DNA of 64,000 bases, taken from NCBI GenBank assembly GCA_964035545.1, contig OZ037767.1, forward strand, positions 24,196,628-24,260,627, written 5' to 3'. Positions 30,001 through 42,975 of this stretch are shown one piece after another. A program made the position numbers and the translations under genes. Origin of the DNA: Bugula neritina. Lineage: Eukaryota > Animalia > Bryozoa. Position 1 is the first letter of the stretch, and each line of letters begins with the position of its first letter. Under the pieces are notes generated by a model. That model saw nothing but the letters and a program-made list of their open reading frames with translations, was not told the DNA's origin and searched no databases.

Positions 30001-33000
30001 ATAAACTATAGATTATAAAAAATATCATTATTACCATTATCATAGTCAACACAAAGTGAATGCTTAGAGTGCTGATAGTCATGCCACTCACTGGATATTG
30101 AGCTTTTGCAGGTTTGCCAGAAGCTTGAAAGAGTTGACCAAAAACTTTGGTAACTTTTTAGAGCATCTGCTTTTCGATCAAAAGCAAATGACACATTGTC
30201 CAGTTGGGTCTTGTATTTTTCTGACAATTCACATAGACTGAGTGCCATTTGCTTGTGTTCCGCTATCTGCTGATAAGCACCAAGTGACATGGTTCCAGAC
30301 ATCAAACCCTCAATCACTGTTTCAAAGGCAGTCATGTATCTCGTCAGCAACCTTTGTATGTCTGTTTCTGCTTTCTTTGCATCAGTTTTTTGAAGTTTTT
30401 CTAAAGACATAGACATTGAGTTACAAAAATTTTCAGATTAATTTATAAAGCCATTATAAAGTTTTATGCTCAAATTTAATTAACTCACCACAAAATTTCC
30501 AAATAGCCACAAACTGCTTGTATTCAAGAAGGTGAAAGGTCATAGCCAGATCTGTCTCGTTGATTTGCTCTCTAAAGTCCTTGCTGACTGCGTGGGACAC
30601 CAAGTCATACACCTTTTCTGATGCCTCTGGTGTAGCAAGATAGTTGGAGCTTTCATTCTGCAATAAAGAGCACAGTTAACAAAGTGTAATTTGTTGAACA
30701 CTATATGTGAAGTAAAACACAAATTATATAACATGTTATAAAATATCACAGAAGAGCAACACTGAACTTTCTGTCAAAATTAGGCATATTGCGCTGCATG
30801 ATAAATGTAAATTTACTATATGTTGTTCTATAAACAATAAGAAATTGTTACTAAAAAATAGAGCCAAGAATAAAAGTATTCAAAAGCAATAAGTTATAAT
30901 GCTGGAAGTGTTTTAAAAGGAGGAACTTCTAGTTATACATACCACTAACCACCAGTCCACATGGGACAGAGCAAATTGGCGTAGAATGCTATCCATGTTT
31001 GGTTCATCTATGACTTGCGAAGTAATCACATTGAAAACTGAAGGTCGTGTGTACAGCTAAAGAAAAAAGACAAAAAGCGTAAGCATAGCTTGTCTATACT
31101 TTTATTTGCCTATATTACAGTTAATTATAAAAAACATGGTACTTTCACATGCCTATATGATTTCCATAGTTCAAACAAATCAGCAACTATTCCAAAATCT
31201 CAAATTCAAAATATAAATTTTGAAATAAACATTTTTGAATTGCCCATTTTTTAAATGACTAGTTTTAATTGCCTAGTTTTATTTTTGAAATACGTTTTCA
31301 AGGTGTTCATTTCAAAGTGAAAACTTGTGAATTGTAATTTTTTAATGTGATTATATTGTTCAAACTTATTCGGTTTCAACCTCAAAAACATCAACTAACA
31401 AAGCTTTTGCAGCAACCGATGTAAATTTTAACATCTATGAGCATATAAGGGTTACCTCACTTAAGCTCTTTGCAAACGCATCTTCCAATTTTTCACACCA
31501 CCAAGCTCTCACAACTTCTTCTGTGGCAGGTCTTTCAAACATGTCCTTCCAAACCTAAAACATGAGGTAGTAATGATCTTGGTGGTAAACACATACAGTA
31601 GTATCAATAGTAGCAATGTTACTAATAAGTGACGTAGTAATACAGTAAGTCTTGTGACTTAAGCATATATTGCATCAAGTTGTTCTACAAAACAGTAACT
31701 ACTTTTAGTTGCACGTCTATAATCTTTGAAGAATTATAAAATATAACCAATAATATGCGGAAACATTATTGAAAAGGAAGGGAAGGTAAGAAAACTCAGC
31801 AAGTACTTTAGGCTAATTGTTGTAGGAAATTGAGTTCAAATTTATAACAGGAAATAGATTAATTTAGTCTAACTATTGTTAGTACGTACTTGTAGTTGTG
31901 TCTTGTTTAGCAGAAGTAGTTTAGTTTTAGAGCTTTTAAACATAGCAAGTTCGTCGTGCAATTTCATCAAAGAAAACTCCCAAAGTTGCTCTGCACTCTC
32001 AATGATATGAGAAGGAAGTAATCCTCCATTATCATCAGCTACAAAGGCGATCCCAAGTAACGCGAGATGCAGGTCAATCATTGTAAGCACATCCTTCCAC
32101 AGTGGCCAAGAAACATGGCCATCCTGATAGACAGTTGGAAAACTGTTCAATAATTCGCCAGCGACAGAGACACAGGTTTGAGCTACTGCTTGACTGGGAG
32201 GCAAACATCTAAAATAAACACTCAATAGAAATTTGCGTGTGTAATGTTACTTGCTTCTCCGAAATGTCACGGACTCACTACTGTTCACTGACAATGCACC
32301 ACTTATTTATTGAAGCCAACAAAAATCAGTTCAAGTAAAGCATATTTCAGATAATGCTTTGCTAAATGTATTAGACAAAAAAGCTTAAACTGTTTACATG
32401 CTACAAAACATATATACATACTAAAGAATACGTAGGATCAAGATATAGTTTCAATGTATAGCAACTAAATCCACCTTCTACTGTAAACCTCCACCATGCT
32501 GATTGTCTCAAATTTTTGAAAACACAATAGGTACTTGCAAAATATTGAGACAAGTTACAAGTCCACCTACTTTGTTTTGTAGACCATCAGATAATCCAAG
32601 AGTAACTTCCTCAGTGTTACTTTTTCACCCTATCAAACAATAGCATAAATATCTCCAAGTGAAATCATATAAAATGAAAGTAAATACTAAGCCATAACCT
32701 TACTCTGCACTATTGAGTACTCACATAGAGAGATTTTGCACTTTCAACATGGTAGTTCACACAGGCCACCACTCCATCTAGTGGTAGAGCACTCAGCACA
32801 TCACTATTAGATGTTAGCAATGCTTTGAGTTGATTAGCATTGAGAAGTGCAAGAAAGGTATAGGCTAGCCGACTGTCAATGTTGAAGAATGTCTCCAATT
32901 TAGTCTGGTATATTTTCCAGTCATCCAAACTGCTACAATGATTAAACTTCTAGTTTAGCAGTAATGACCACGTTAATAAACTTGAGTCATGTGCGATAAT

Positions 33001-36000
33001 AATAATGGCATGATAGGTTCAAAATTAATCTTCCAATTTTTGGAAGCGTCAAATTTAAATAAAAATGACTCAAATTTTTAACGCCTCTATTCATGCAAGA
33101 ACCCCTGATGATAACAGTTTTAAGTGGATTAGCTAACGACTGTGCTTTTCACTATGCTGACAGCGTAGTTTGAGTGCTTTCTTGGCATCAGCAACTGCCC
33201 TGCTGTGATTAGAACCCCTTACCTAGTTAGCCCCTGCGTATCTCACCCTAGATCGGTACTCTAACCATTAGACCACAACTGTTTGCATTTAAAAATAGTT
33301 CCTTGAATTGGTGTTCAAAAAGATGAATTTAAAATAAAAAAAACTTTTTAAAAGAATATTGAAAGTACCAATTAAAATTTGCATAATCAGCTTTATAGGT
33401 TGGCAGCCTAGAAAAACTCATATTTCATATCCTAGCGTCAATTAGTTGCAAATATAATACAAACTTTCTAGAACGCTGTTTCACAGTCTGCACATCTTGA
33501 TCAAATCCATAAGTGCCCCACCACTTAGGATCATGGTACTTGTCACCATCATACATATCTTGAGTCTCTTGCAATTTCAAAGCATGTATAAAAGGAATCA
33601 GCAGCAACCAGTTGCAGTCAGACTCTTGATACAGGATTTTTGAAGTGTGCATCAGAGATGAAGAGTAACTCCTGAAACACAATATAAATGATAATCGGTC
33701 TGTTTAAATGAAAAGAGACAAATGTGGTATGCATAACATAACGAATTGTGGAGTAAACTTCTCTTTTTCACTTTCCTTAGTACATCTCGACACTTTGAGC
33801 AGTGTATAAGATTGTCTATGGCTAATTCACAATAAAATAGCCCAATATGTTTATTGTTGTCAGTTTCTAAAAAAATTATATTCAATTATGGTCACTTTCT
33901 TGATGTGGCTTTCATATACTATCAAATTGTACTTAGCTCTGTATGCAAGACCAAAGAGATTTGTTATTTATGTTCATACATACTTCATACATTCAATACT
34001 TAGAGTGACACATAATCATGCTAGATATTTTATCCTAGCAAATACTGATTTAGCTTTTCATTTTACTTTCTTTTCAGTGTTGATTGTTACAATTATCCTT
34101 TTTCTAGCTAACCACATTTATGCATGTAATATACCAGTCTGATCAAGGATCTTTTTATGTTATTTAGTTTTTACTAGCAAGCGTAGAAATAAACCGTTAA
34201 AGAACAGTTACTACAGTTTCTGAGTTCTAAAATTATTGTTACAATGAGACCAACTACATTATGATTGCAGAAAAATTTTAATATTTCAACAAAGCATTTG
34301 TAATAAAAACATAATAAATTATATAACACTATATGTGATTAAAAATAAAGTTGCGGCTAAAACATTACGAATGCAAAATAAAAAATCTGGTTTTTTACTG
34401 TGTATATTGGACGGGTGTTGTGCACTTGCTAGTGACCACACACTCACGCAGACATACATAAATATATAAACACAAGCACCCGCACTGATACACAAATAAT
34501 ATATGTAAATCAAAATACAAATTTATAAAGCTTGTGTGTTTATGCTGAATACAAGGAATACCCTACATTACTTAAACATATTTTATGTATTATGTACTTC
34601 TAATATTAACAGAATAAAGATTTTATTCGAATTCTTACAGTGTGGAAGCAGTTTGAATCACTTATTTCAGGGTAAGCCTTAATTTTCATTTTTAAATTTA
34701 GTTTTACATACACAATGTAATAAATTACATAGCATGCAGGATTGCCTATTTCATTTATAAAAATTAATATTTCATAGTTTTGTATTAATTATAGTAATTT
34801 GACTCAATTTTCACTGCATTTTCTGCCATCTAAAATGTGATTGCAAAAACACCTTCCATCACTGCAATAGCAACAGCCAACATCTCACTATACCAACAAA
34901 TAACTTTGTATGAATACTATTCCAAGTAATTAGCTTTGATTTTAAATGGCAAGAAAATAGTAAATTAAAGAGAGTTGAACGTACGTAATCAAATTAATAT
35001 ATAAATAATAAAAGAGTTACTATGTGCAAGTACTAAGAAGCACTCCATTCACTGGCACTGAATTACCTCAAACTGTTTTGGGTCAGAGCTGATATTTGCT
35101 TCTTGAAACTGGGAGGCCAATCCTTTGCAGTGGATACGTAATTGGCGGTGCTTTCAACTAATTTTGAAATATCTTTGAAGAAATATGTTTTCTCTGTGGA
35201 CACAAGAATGGCCTGAGAGATGTCTATTAAGCCAATCATTGACAGAACGCTGGCACCGATGTCTGGGTTGTTCTGGGCCATTGAATAATGCTGTTCCATT
35301 TGTTTTTTGACATATTTCTTCATCAACTTTTAATAGAAATTTGTAGTACTTATTATTATCAAGACCCCAATGCATACACACACTACTTAAAATAAAAGGA
35401 ACATAAAACATCGATTATAATCAGCTGCAAAAATTAAAAGACTGAAGTAAGCAGCTGGTTTCATATTTGATGCATTTAATTTCTTACATAGTTAGTTTTA
35501 ATTGATAGTTTTAATTAGGTTTTTTATAATTGGATTAAAGAGCAAAATGAATTGAACATCTTTTTTTCTGAAAATCTTTGGTAGGTTTGCTAAATGTGTT
35601 CACCTGGTCAACATCGTTTTGCGAACTCTCTTTATAATCTGGAAGGGGATCACAGCCACTCAGTACATGCAACTGTCGATCTTTTACTTGATTAACCCAT
35701 TTTCTTAATCTATCAATATCACTTCCCTTCCACACCTCTTCCACCCAATTTGGCAGCATAGGATCAAACCCAGCCTGTCTATTAGGACTTTCTTTTGATG
35801 AGAATAAAGAGACAATCTTTTTAAATATTCCCGACTTGTTTTTTAATACAATTCCACCATCGTATACTGTAACTGGGTCACCACCTATCAAATAACGCAA
35901 TAGATCTACAGTTGAACAAGTAAATAACAAGAAAACTGGAATCTTTATGAACTAAGCCGATTTCTAAAATATTGTAATATCAACTCAAATATAATGTTAC

Positions 36001-39000
36001 CTAACCCAATGACACATTATATGAAAATATTTTTATAATGTAGCTCACCCTCTGGCAGATTCGACAAATATCTGTTTCCTTCCCCAACCAAATCTTCAAA
36101 TTCACCAAGCTTTTCACCCTTGATCTTCACAAAATATTTGTACTCTATCAAGCTTCTATACATCTTTGGAACAGAGCAGTTACCTTTCCAGACACCATCT
36201 CTGCAAAGAGTCAACATACTCTTACAATGTTTCAGCTTTATTTACATTGATAAAAGCAGTTTTCTTAAACAACCTGTCTTCCAACTATTGCAGCTTGTTA
36301 ATTAACCACTTCACGTCAGATTGATAGAGGCCAATAAAAAAGAATAAGTTATATAATCAATGTTAAATAACATTGGATTTATAAAAAAATTATAGCAATT
36401 GTATAACCAACTTATATAAAAGTTTGTGTCGCTAGTTTTAATGATTAACATGGTTTGGAAAGCTGAAAAATACAATACAAATTGATATATAATTACACCT
36501 ATAGTATCTGCAGTAAAGTATAAGTCATAAGCATTGAAACCCATAAATCTGGTATTGTATAATTAATAATTTAATTAAATACAATGTGAAAGATTATAAA
36601 CCAGTACAGGCTAAGTTTCTTACTGTTGCTTCATGGTTGCAAGTGGAGCTCCTCCTGTAAACTCAAATGATCCATAATTTGATCGAATTTCTACTACTAG
36701 TTTGCTATCATTTTCAGATGGTGCATTGATCAAGACTGCCCAGAATTCTATGTCCCGGCTATTAGCTCTAGTCACTCTGTATGAAACAAATATAAACAGA
36801 TTTACAAGTTTCGGTTCAGTCATAACTATTATTTGCATAGGTCTATTGCTACATTTTTAAATTAACCCTTTATACTGGTATTTAAAAGTGGCTATTTGAG
36901 GAGTGACTGTAAGTGTAGAGCCAATTAGATTAAATCTGCAAGAGCTTTCCGCACTTGCCACTCAGCATTTTATCCACATGAAATCAGCACTCAACAGCCC
37001 ATTTTCGAGCTAGAAGGGTTTTCCAAGTAGGGAAATCCGTGTTGCGTGGCCCTACATCGAGTCAAAAACAAGAATGTTTAAATAACACAATATATTCAGA
37101 ATAATAGAAGTTAAAGTCAAAAGTGTAGAGTCACACTACAAGGTACAAATGTTTGAAAATCCGTTGCGGAACTACCTGCCTCGCGCAGTGAGTTGGCTGC
37201 GGGTTCAGAAATTTATTAGCTAATACGATTGTCATTAAACTTTGCTGCTAGACTAGAGGTGTTTGCTTTTAAATCTGCAGCATTGGCAAAGTGACTTTAG
37301 ATATTATAAAAGTGGAAAATGCAAACCATAAGAAAATGTTTTAATTCAGTGGCCTTGCTATAAATGCTTTGAAAAATGCTTACATCAAGTAAGTCCAAGG
37401 GTCGGTCAGGTATATATTTAAAAATTTGGCTACTCGGTTATCGGTGGGTGCTTACATATAAAAGCCCAGTGATTGATAGCTTATATTCTAACTTTTTTTT
37501 ACTGATTCTATTACAGAAACATGTTTAACTTACTGGTTATACTGCAAGTAGCAAAACCTATAAAACTTGTCATCAACACAGACATTATTAACACAGACAG
37601 GAAGAGATATGAAACTAATAAAACTTGAAAGTAAACTTACAAGGCTGGCCTAAGCAAAAAGATAAATTTGAAAAAAGCAAGTATTGGTATAATACATTAG
37701 AGCAGCACGCAACAGATATAGAAGACCGGACTCAATTATCATTAAATTTACAGGTAACAATTGAAGCACAGCCTGAATTTAGTTAAACAAAAAGAAACAT
37801 TGGGTTTACAGTTTATAAAATATAAAATTGACACAGATTTACAGGACTTATCACGCAAACACTTGCAGGTCACTAAAAATAGGTAAGGCAATTTTAACTT
37901 TTAAATATCAGGAACAAGGTAATAGATCAAATAATTTCATTTCAAGCAAATTTTTCATAAAAGGTATCTTTATGTATGAAACAGTAACACTAATTAGTAA
38001 CTGCACTGTAAACTTTGGTTAACAAAAAGGAAGAGCTCACATTATACTTCTAATCAAGTTGAGGCTGCAAAGGTTCAAACCCCAATATTGGCATGCTTTT
38101 GTTTATTTTCATAACAAGTACAATTTTTATTCACACTGTTTTTTCACTAACTCGAGGTTTGACTTACAATAGTTTCATTGACTCACTTTGTACCGGTAGT
38201 AGTGCTTGGCCTCTGCGCCTAAAATCACCAAATCAATATAAATTCTCTCAAAAGTGTAAAACAAGTTCATTGCCTAATATTTCCGACCAATATACACTAC
38301 TTTCAATGTGTGCAAATTCTTGAAAAGTGAAAGCTGCCAAACAACACCAAGCACATTTTTGATTCATTATGTATGCTCAAACTTGATGCAAAAAACCAGG
38401 CGCGAAGATGTTTAGTAAATCTTTCAAACTTTGACCGTAATTTACATATATATTTATCTGAATTCTGAAGACAATATTGGTAACACTCAAGTATCAGAGG
38501 GTATGCAAGCATAGCAGTTTATAATACCTTTGAACCCTCCATGTGCCTCTCCACTTTTTCTAATATAGAGCAGATGTCAGATTGCTTAGCTTCTTCCATA
38601 AACTTTGAGTAATGTCCCTCTGGAGAATGTTTACTCTTTTTAGTAGCTTTCTTTTTTGAAGAAGTTGGCAGGTTCTCAAGCTTTTTCATCATTGCTTTTA
38701 GATTCTTCTTTTCAGTTTCAGCCAGAGGCAAATTTTGTTGATTGACCAGACTTGCAGCAGTTTTTATTCGGACCTTCAACTCCTTAAAAGCTTTATCTTC
38801 TCCTGAAATAGCTAAATTGAGTAGCTCATATAGTTTTGTTGACTACATGGTTAATTAAACAGTACCTACATCATATCGCAATATTATGTTCCAGGAAACA
38901 CAAAAGAGCTAAAAGATCTGCTCACCATCTTTAGGTACATCATTTGATTTTGATTGGTTCTCTGGTGGAACACTTCGTTTTGCCACATCAGCATAGCTTT

Positions 39001-41415
39001 CTGGACCTGGCTGTCGAAAGACAGTCCCTATAAATAGAAAAACACAAAATGGATCAGCACAACAAAGTTACGTTATTCAAAATTGGATAACTTGCATAAT
39101 TTATAAAGACATTTTAAAATACAATGATAGCTACATCTACATAAGATATAGTGTACAATAATATCAAACTGATAGTTGTATATTGCATATAACATATGAC
39201 ACGCAGTGTATAGCACATGTATAATATATAATATTTGGTGTATTACATAATATATGTAGAATAATTATATAACATATAATATTCAAAGTATACATTGATT
39301 ATATACCATCACACACAAGCGACACGCACCTTCTGAAGTTGCTTGAGAACCAAACTGTGGTTGGGTCCCATCGATAGTCTTACCACCTGCAAAATAGAGA
39401 AATCAACTATATTTACTACAAACTACTGTTAATATGCAAATTCCAGGAAATAAAGCAAGATGGAGCTGCCATAAATTGCAGTCGTACTCTGGATATTTGT
39501 CAAAGCGCAATCATGGATGAAATATATAAGCCTTTATCATGGCTGAAAAGAAGGGAAAACATAAACAGTTGTGTTGAGCACACCTGGTTAGCACATTGTT
39601 TTAAAAGTTACAACACCTTATAGTAACAACATGCACAGCCATAACTGTAAACCACAAGGATAGGATAATATTCTGTACTTAATAGCATATAATCAGTTAA
39701 ATTTTTCCTAATGTAATAAATAATATTATATCATCACTGCATTGGGTGATAAGGCATTAGAAAAACTGATATGGGCAATATTTTAGCCCACTCTTATATT
39801 TTATTAGCCCATTGAACAACAGACTAATCAGCAGATCAGCAAAATAAAAGTAACCAGCAAGCATCAATGCTTCTGCAGAACAAAACACTCTTTGAGTTTG
39901 ATGAAAAACCTAACCATTACTTATGGGTACAATATAGAAGAACAGTTTTACAAAAGTAATACTTTAGCTCATTAGATAATAATTAGTGGCAAAATTTATA
40001 CATAAAGAATCTAAACAATGGAAACCAAACTCTAGTAATAGCCTATACCAACCCTTGTCACCCATTTCATTAACATGATGAACTGTTGAGTGTTGCCTTT
40101 CTTTACTTTCTGCAGCTGGAGCTTGCTTACTAGCTGGAAGACTGAAAATACAGGAACACAGTGCATCATAGTGCACTAGCTGGTATACATACGAGTATTA
40201 CCTACACTACAACTTTCACACAGCTGGAATTTATATCTATATAAACACAAACACAACATACAAGTATACACAATTTATATGTGTGGTAAATATCAAATGC
40301 ACAGACAATAATATATACATGTTTTAATATTTATATTATAATGCTGTTACCATTTTTAAAATACATAAATTTATCTCATTACCAAAATAAGTTGCCAAAA
40401 GGTTAAACTAGACCATTTCATATTCTTAAACAAATTTTTATGTTAGAATTAGTTAAACAGTATGTGTCAGATACTACGTAAGTTCGACATTGCAGTGTTT
40501 TCAAATAACCATATTTCTGGCAAAACTTTAAGGCACGAGAAGCCACCCAACTATGAAATAAGACAAACACACTTCAAACTCAAAGGCTAAACAAAAAATT
40601 ATAGCAATAATCTACATATCACTTTCTAACAGGATATTAAGGAGTTCCACCTGGTAGAATGAAAATACCTGGTTGAGCCATCTGGAGAGTTGCTTGTAGA
40701 GTCTACGCTTCTATCAGCTGATGAAGCTGAAGAGCCTGCAACAGGGGGTTTGTCAGTTGGGGGGTGTTCAGAGACTCCCGACACTGGCTTGTTGATAGCT
40801 AGAAATTGCCAGTAAACATAACATGTAGATCTATAGTTACTAATAACTAGAAATCCACAGTAAATATACTATATCTATAATTACTAATAACTAGAAATCC
40901 ACAGTAAATATACTATATCTGTAGTTGCTAACATGAGAATTCTCGCACTGCAACTAGTAGTTGTGTAGAGTACACTCAACATCTGAATATTAAATGATTT
41001 GTCATAATAAATATGATTATACAAATAGTTATAAAACAGCATGTTACTTATGTACAATTAAATTAAATGTTTTATTGCTCTTACTTTTATCTCGATTATT
41101 TTACTATAAAAGATCTGTAACTACTATTACTTTTTAAGATAGCAAGTTTATAGTTGCAAAAGAATTAATATTGTTTCATTAAATAATCTTGCCTCCTTGA
41201 GCTTTTGTAGTGTAGTTATGTTTGCATCCTCCACAGAACTTGGCAAAACCTTTTTTGGTTACTTTGCGAGGTTTCTGGCAGGAAGGACATTGTAAGTCCT
41301 CACCACACTCTTCACAGCACGCTGGGTACGTCCCGTCACTCTCCTGCTCTATCTCATTCTGACACTCTGTGGCTGGGCATATCAGGGCTGCCGACTTATC
41401 ATTAGCACCGGCCAT
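33..41415 (-). CDS. RNF213: RNF213/mysterin-like giant AAA+ ATPase / E3 ubiquitin ligase; about 70 coding exons; 3'-partial (canonical RING and E3 core expected beyond the left edge)
   Basis: A chain of spliced exons (phase checked by hand for most junctions) carries RNF213-diagnostic motifs in the expected order: N-terminal Zn ribbon, EYKY..NRYL (CBM20-like), LNYFTTAQLVILRKEL, RAGVGKS, IHLDIAHEV, DPTWSELRHYVHFL, DPDPNYVLTMDNAKKIIAIHQR, GETGCGKT, VHGGTT, FLDEVNTTEA, IAACNPYR, RHLVYRVQPLPQSLLPLVWDFG, DECSFVSLRDI, IAKNKALKENVFMM, GKPGSSKS, VVLDEVGLAEDS, ISNWALDPAKMNRG, FFGLRDFY, SRYLLVLTEN, LYESLYDALNQY, FPIPLINRLEKHY. Confidence 0.95.
4772..5477 (-). repeat. Coding 24-nt (8-aa) acidic tandem repeats inside a large RNF213 exon
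   Basis: Units such as DQTVLEAE, DETDADTE and DETDEDTE; nucleotide unit e.g. tcttcagcctccagtactgtctga is repeated around 5200-5270. The exon is GT-AG bounded and in phase with exon 5770-5969. Confidence 0.85.
8194..8385 (-). CDS. Extra RING-like zinc-finger exon inserted in RNF213 directly after the AAA module (192 nt, phase 2-2)
   Basis: Boundaries tatag|GAAG...GAGAAGAG|gtaatt; open and in frame with both flanking exons. It reads KSCPENCNGCGKYLSVPYRVPCPEQHYIGECCRQVMRETCPVKDCDHHIVDFEWTIDKAALEKR. Confidence 0.75.
8699..9661 (-). CDS. RNF213: RNF213 final AAA domain exons (9522-9661, 9031-9225, 8699-8875)
   Basis: SRYLLVLTEN...VVFGSRF; IKMCMDMGRPVILLNLDDLYESLYDALNQYF...FVDLGLGTHRVKAFVHDSFR; FPIPLINRLEKHY. 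Confidence 0.88.
11803..12296 (-). CDS. RNF213: RNF213 catalytic AAA4 (exons 12065-12296 and 11803-11973)
   Basis: Walker A FVIGKPGSSKS and Walker B VVLDEVGLAEDS are intact. Confidence 0.9.
16169..17953 (-). CDS. RNF213: RNF213 catalytic AAA3 (exons 17827-17953, 17091-17207, 16169-16326)
   Basis: Walker A GIPVIVMGETGCGKT, VHGGTTEADI, Walker B ILFLDEVNTTEA and IIAACNPYR are all intact. Confidence 0.9.
16527..16746. mobile_element. Non-autonomous TIR element (MITE), 220 bp, TGT...ACA ends, 5-bp TSD
   Basis: TIR tgtagtgaaattagtgtgagtttgcttaactatc (16527-16560) matches gatagctaagcaaactcacactaatttcactaca (16713-16746) with 1 mismatch. It is flanked by gcaag on both sides and lies in an RNF213 intron. 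Confidence 0.85.
21877..22108 (-). CDS. RNF213: RNF213 AAA2 exon (Walker A RAGVGKS; IHLDI)
   Basis: Translates as ...VLRSTRAGVGKSLQRGNL...TIHLDIAHE; GT-AG bounded. Confidence 0.85.
26268..26333 (-). mobile_element. tRNA-derived SINE head / tRNA pseudogene remnant
   Basis: The minus strand has Pol III A box TGGTGTAATGG and B box GGTTCGAATTCC at tRNA spacing, but no proper anticodon or acceptor stems. Weaker relatives occur near 33205-33280 and 48575-48640. Confidence 0.6.
36049..36776 (-). CDS. RNF213: RNF213 CBM20-like domain (exons 36624-36776 and 36049-36200)
   Basis: DIEFWAVLINAP...DGVWKGNCSVPK..LIEYKYFVK...EFEDLVGEGNRYL; the position and the YKY/E/NR pattern fit the N-arm CBM20-like fold of RNF213. 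Confidence 0.65.
40829..40931. repeat. 44-bp tandem duplication (about 2.3 copies), intronic
   Basis: atctatagttactaataactagaaatccacagtaaatatactat starts at 40829 and again at 40873. Confidence 0.85.
41193..41415 (-). CDS. RNF213: RNF213 first coding exon: double zinc-ribbon-like N-terminus
   Basis: MAGANDKSAALICPATEC...CCEECGEDLQCPSCQKPRK...FAKFCGGCKH, resembling the human RNF213 start (CPSCQ...KFCSQCG). Acceptor ttgtag precedes 41422. The exon ends at a GC donor (GGA G|gcaaga) that is in phase with exon 40669-40798. Confidence 0.85.
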
Positions 41416-42672
41416 TTAGTCACTACAACACAAATATAACATATTTCAGCCTTTTTTGATGGCTAATTATATTTTATTTATTATAAATACTAGAGTTTAA
41501 ATAATATTATAGAGCTATACTTAGAAAGTTGAAAATTCTTTTAAAAAAGTTTATTAGCCATTATTCTTAGTTAATGTAATTTTTATTTATATGGCTCAAC
41601 TTAACTGTTTACCAGCACTAACTGACTAGCTTGATAAACAGTGAGTGAAAACAGTTATATAACATTTTTAAAACCACAACATAATTATTTTAACAGCATG
41701 ATTATAATACCAAAACATTCCATTATATAATATAAGGCTATGAGAATGTATAAGTGAAATAATAGTGACATTACTCTAGTAAACAGACACAAACACTACG
41801 TAACTTGAAAGTATTAGCTTCATATTAACAGTAAAATATTATACTTATTTACACCAAGCAGCTATAACCAATTTTGAGTTTATTGCAGCAAAGTTTTTAA
41901 AATCAGGCTTGGCAAATTAAATGCTTGCATCGGAATTGTCCCAAGAGTCGTAGCTGCATTGTTTCACTCTCAAATGCTGTTTATTCGACTTTAAAAACTT
42001 TCACAAACATTACATCAGATGCTAACTAAATAAATACCTACATTGCACATTATGATTATCATGGTAATACTGACATGCATGCAATATGAATAAAAAAGTG
42101 ACATTAAATTTAAGTAACAAAATTAAATCTATAAATTATATTTATATATTGTAACAATTACTTTTATAGGTATCATTATACACTCCACTTATCCTTAATT
42201 GTCAAGTTTCGTGAGCCGTAGAATTAGATAGTTATAAATTGTAACTATACAAAGCGAATGTTCAATTATTTTACACTTCACAAATTGTCTTTTATAAGTT
42301 CCAGCACTGAAATTTTTCATTGTAACTAGTCCAATATGTTATATCAAAAGAACGCAATAGGTTTAGCTGTTACTGTTACTGTTGGCTTTTTCAAAAGGAT
42401 TAATAGCTTTTCTTAGCTTTTTATTACTAATCACAGCAATGCTGTAGGTAATTTTGTTCATGGGTGGTCTGCTACGATATAGCGTTAGAACTGAAAAATC
42501 TACTGTCCTTCCCTCCTTTAAACAAGCTTCTTTGCTAAATTTGTCTATCTATAACATTAACAACTTGCACTTATTTTTAATGCTCCATTAGTGCACTCAA
42601 CTCTTTATTAGAACTTAATACTAACTAGAAATGACATCTTAATAAGTTAACGAATAACTTGCTTGCACTTAC

Positions 42673-42730
42673 CCCAGCCAGCCAAAGTATTTTGATTCCA
42701 ACTTCGGCACTGATTCTCAGTCCGACTCTG
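42673..42730 (-). other. Putative non-coding 5' exon of RNF213 (5' boundary uncertain)
   Basis: Strong donor ctggg|gtaagt at 42672 in a GC-richer patch. The ATG exon has an acceptor only 7 nt upstream of the ATG, so an upstream exon is implied. Confidence 0.5.
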
Positions 42731-42964
42731 TTCATCAGTCAATCAATGCGAGAGTCACTGATCATGCAATATTTACCATGTTGTATATTTACATATTTAC
42801 TTCTTTAAGCATTAAACTTTAAGTCAAATAAATAATATTGTTATGTTACGAACTGACCATATCTATTGGCACAATCTGAATGGGGAAAAATTTATGGAAA
42901 ATAGCAGTGTCAGCACGAACAATGCGCTGGCTTGTAATATTCCCTTAATTAGGTTTACCGCGCA

Positions 42965-42975
42965 GGGGAATTCCC
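42965..42975. promoter_or_regulatory. Perfect NF-kappaB/Rel site GGGGAATTCCC in the putative RNF213 promoter
   Basis: Palindromic GGGAATTCCC core about 290 bp upstream of the putative 5' exon donor, with CCAAT boxes (attgg on plus strand) nearby at about 42865 and 43005. Confidence 0.55.

Noticed and set aside
33-41415. Several separate genes or a pseudogene instead of one RNF213
   Set aside because: The motifs occur once each in canonical order, the Walker motifs are intact, and apparent phase conflicts were resolved by small exons (e.g. 38187-38218, 32571-32629).
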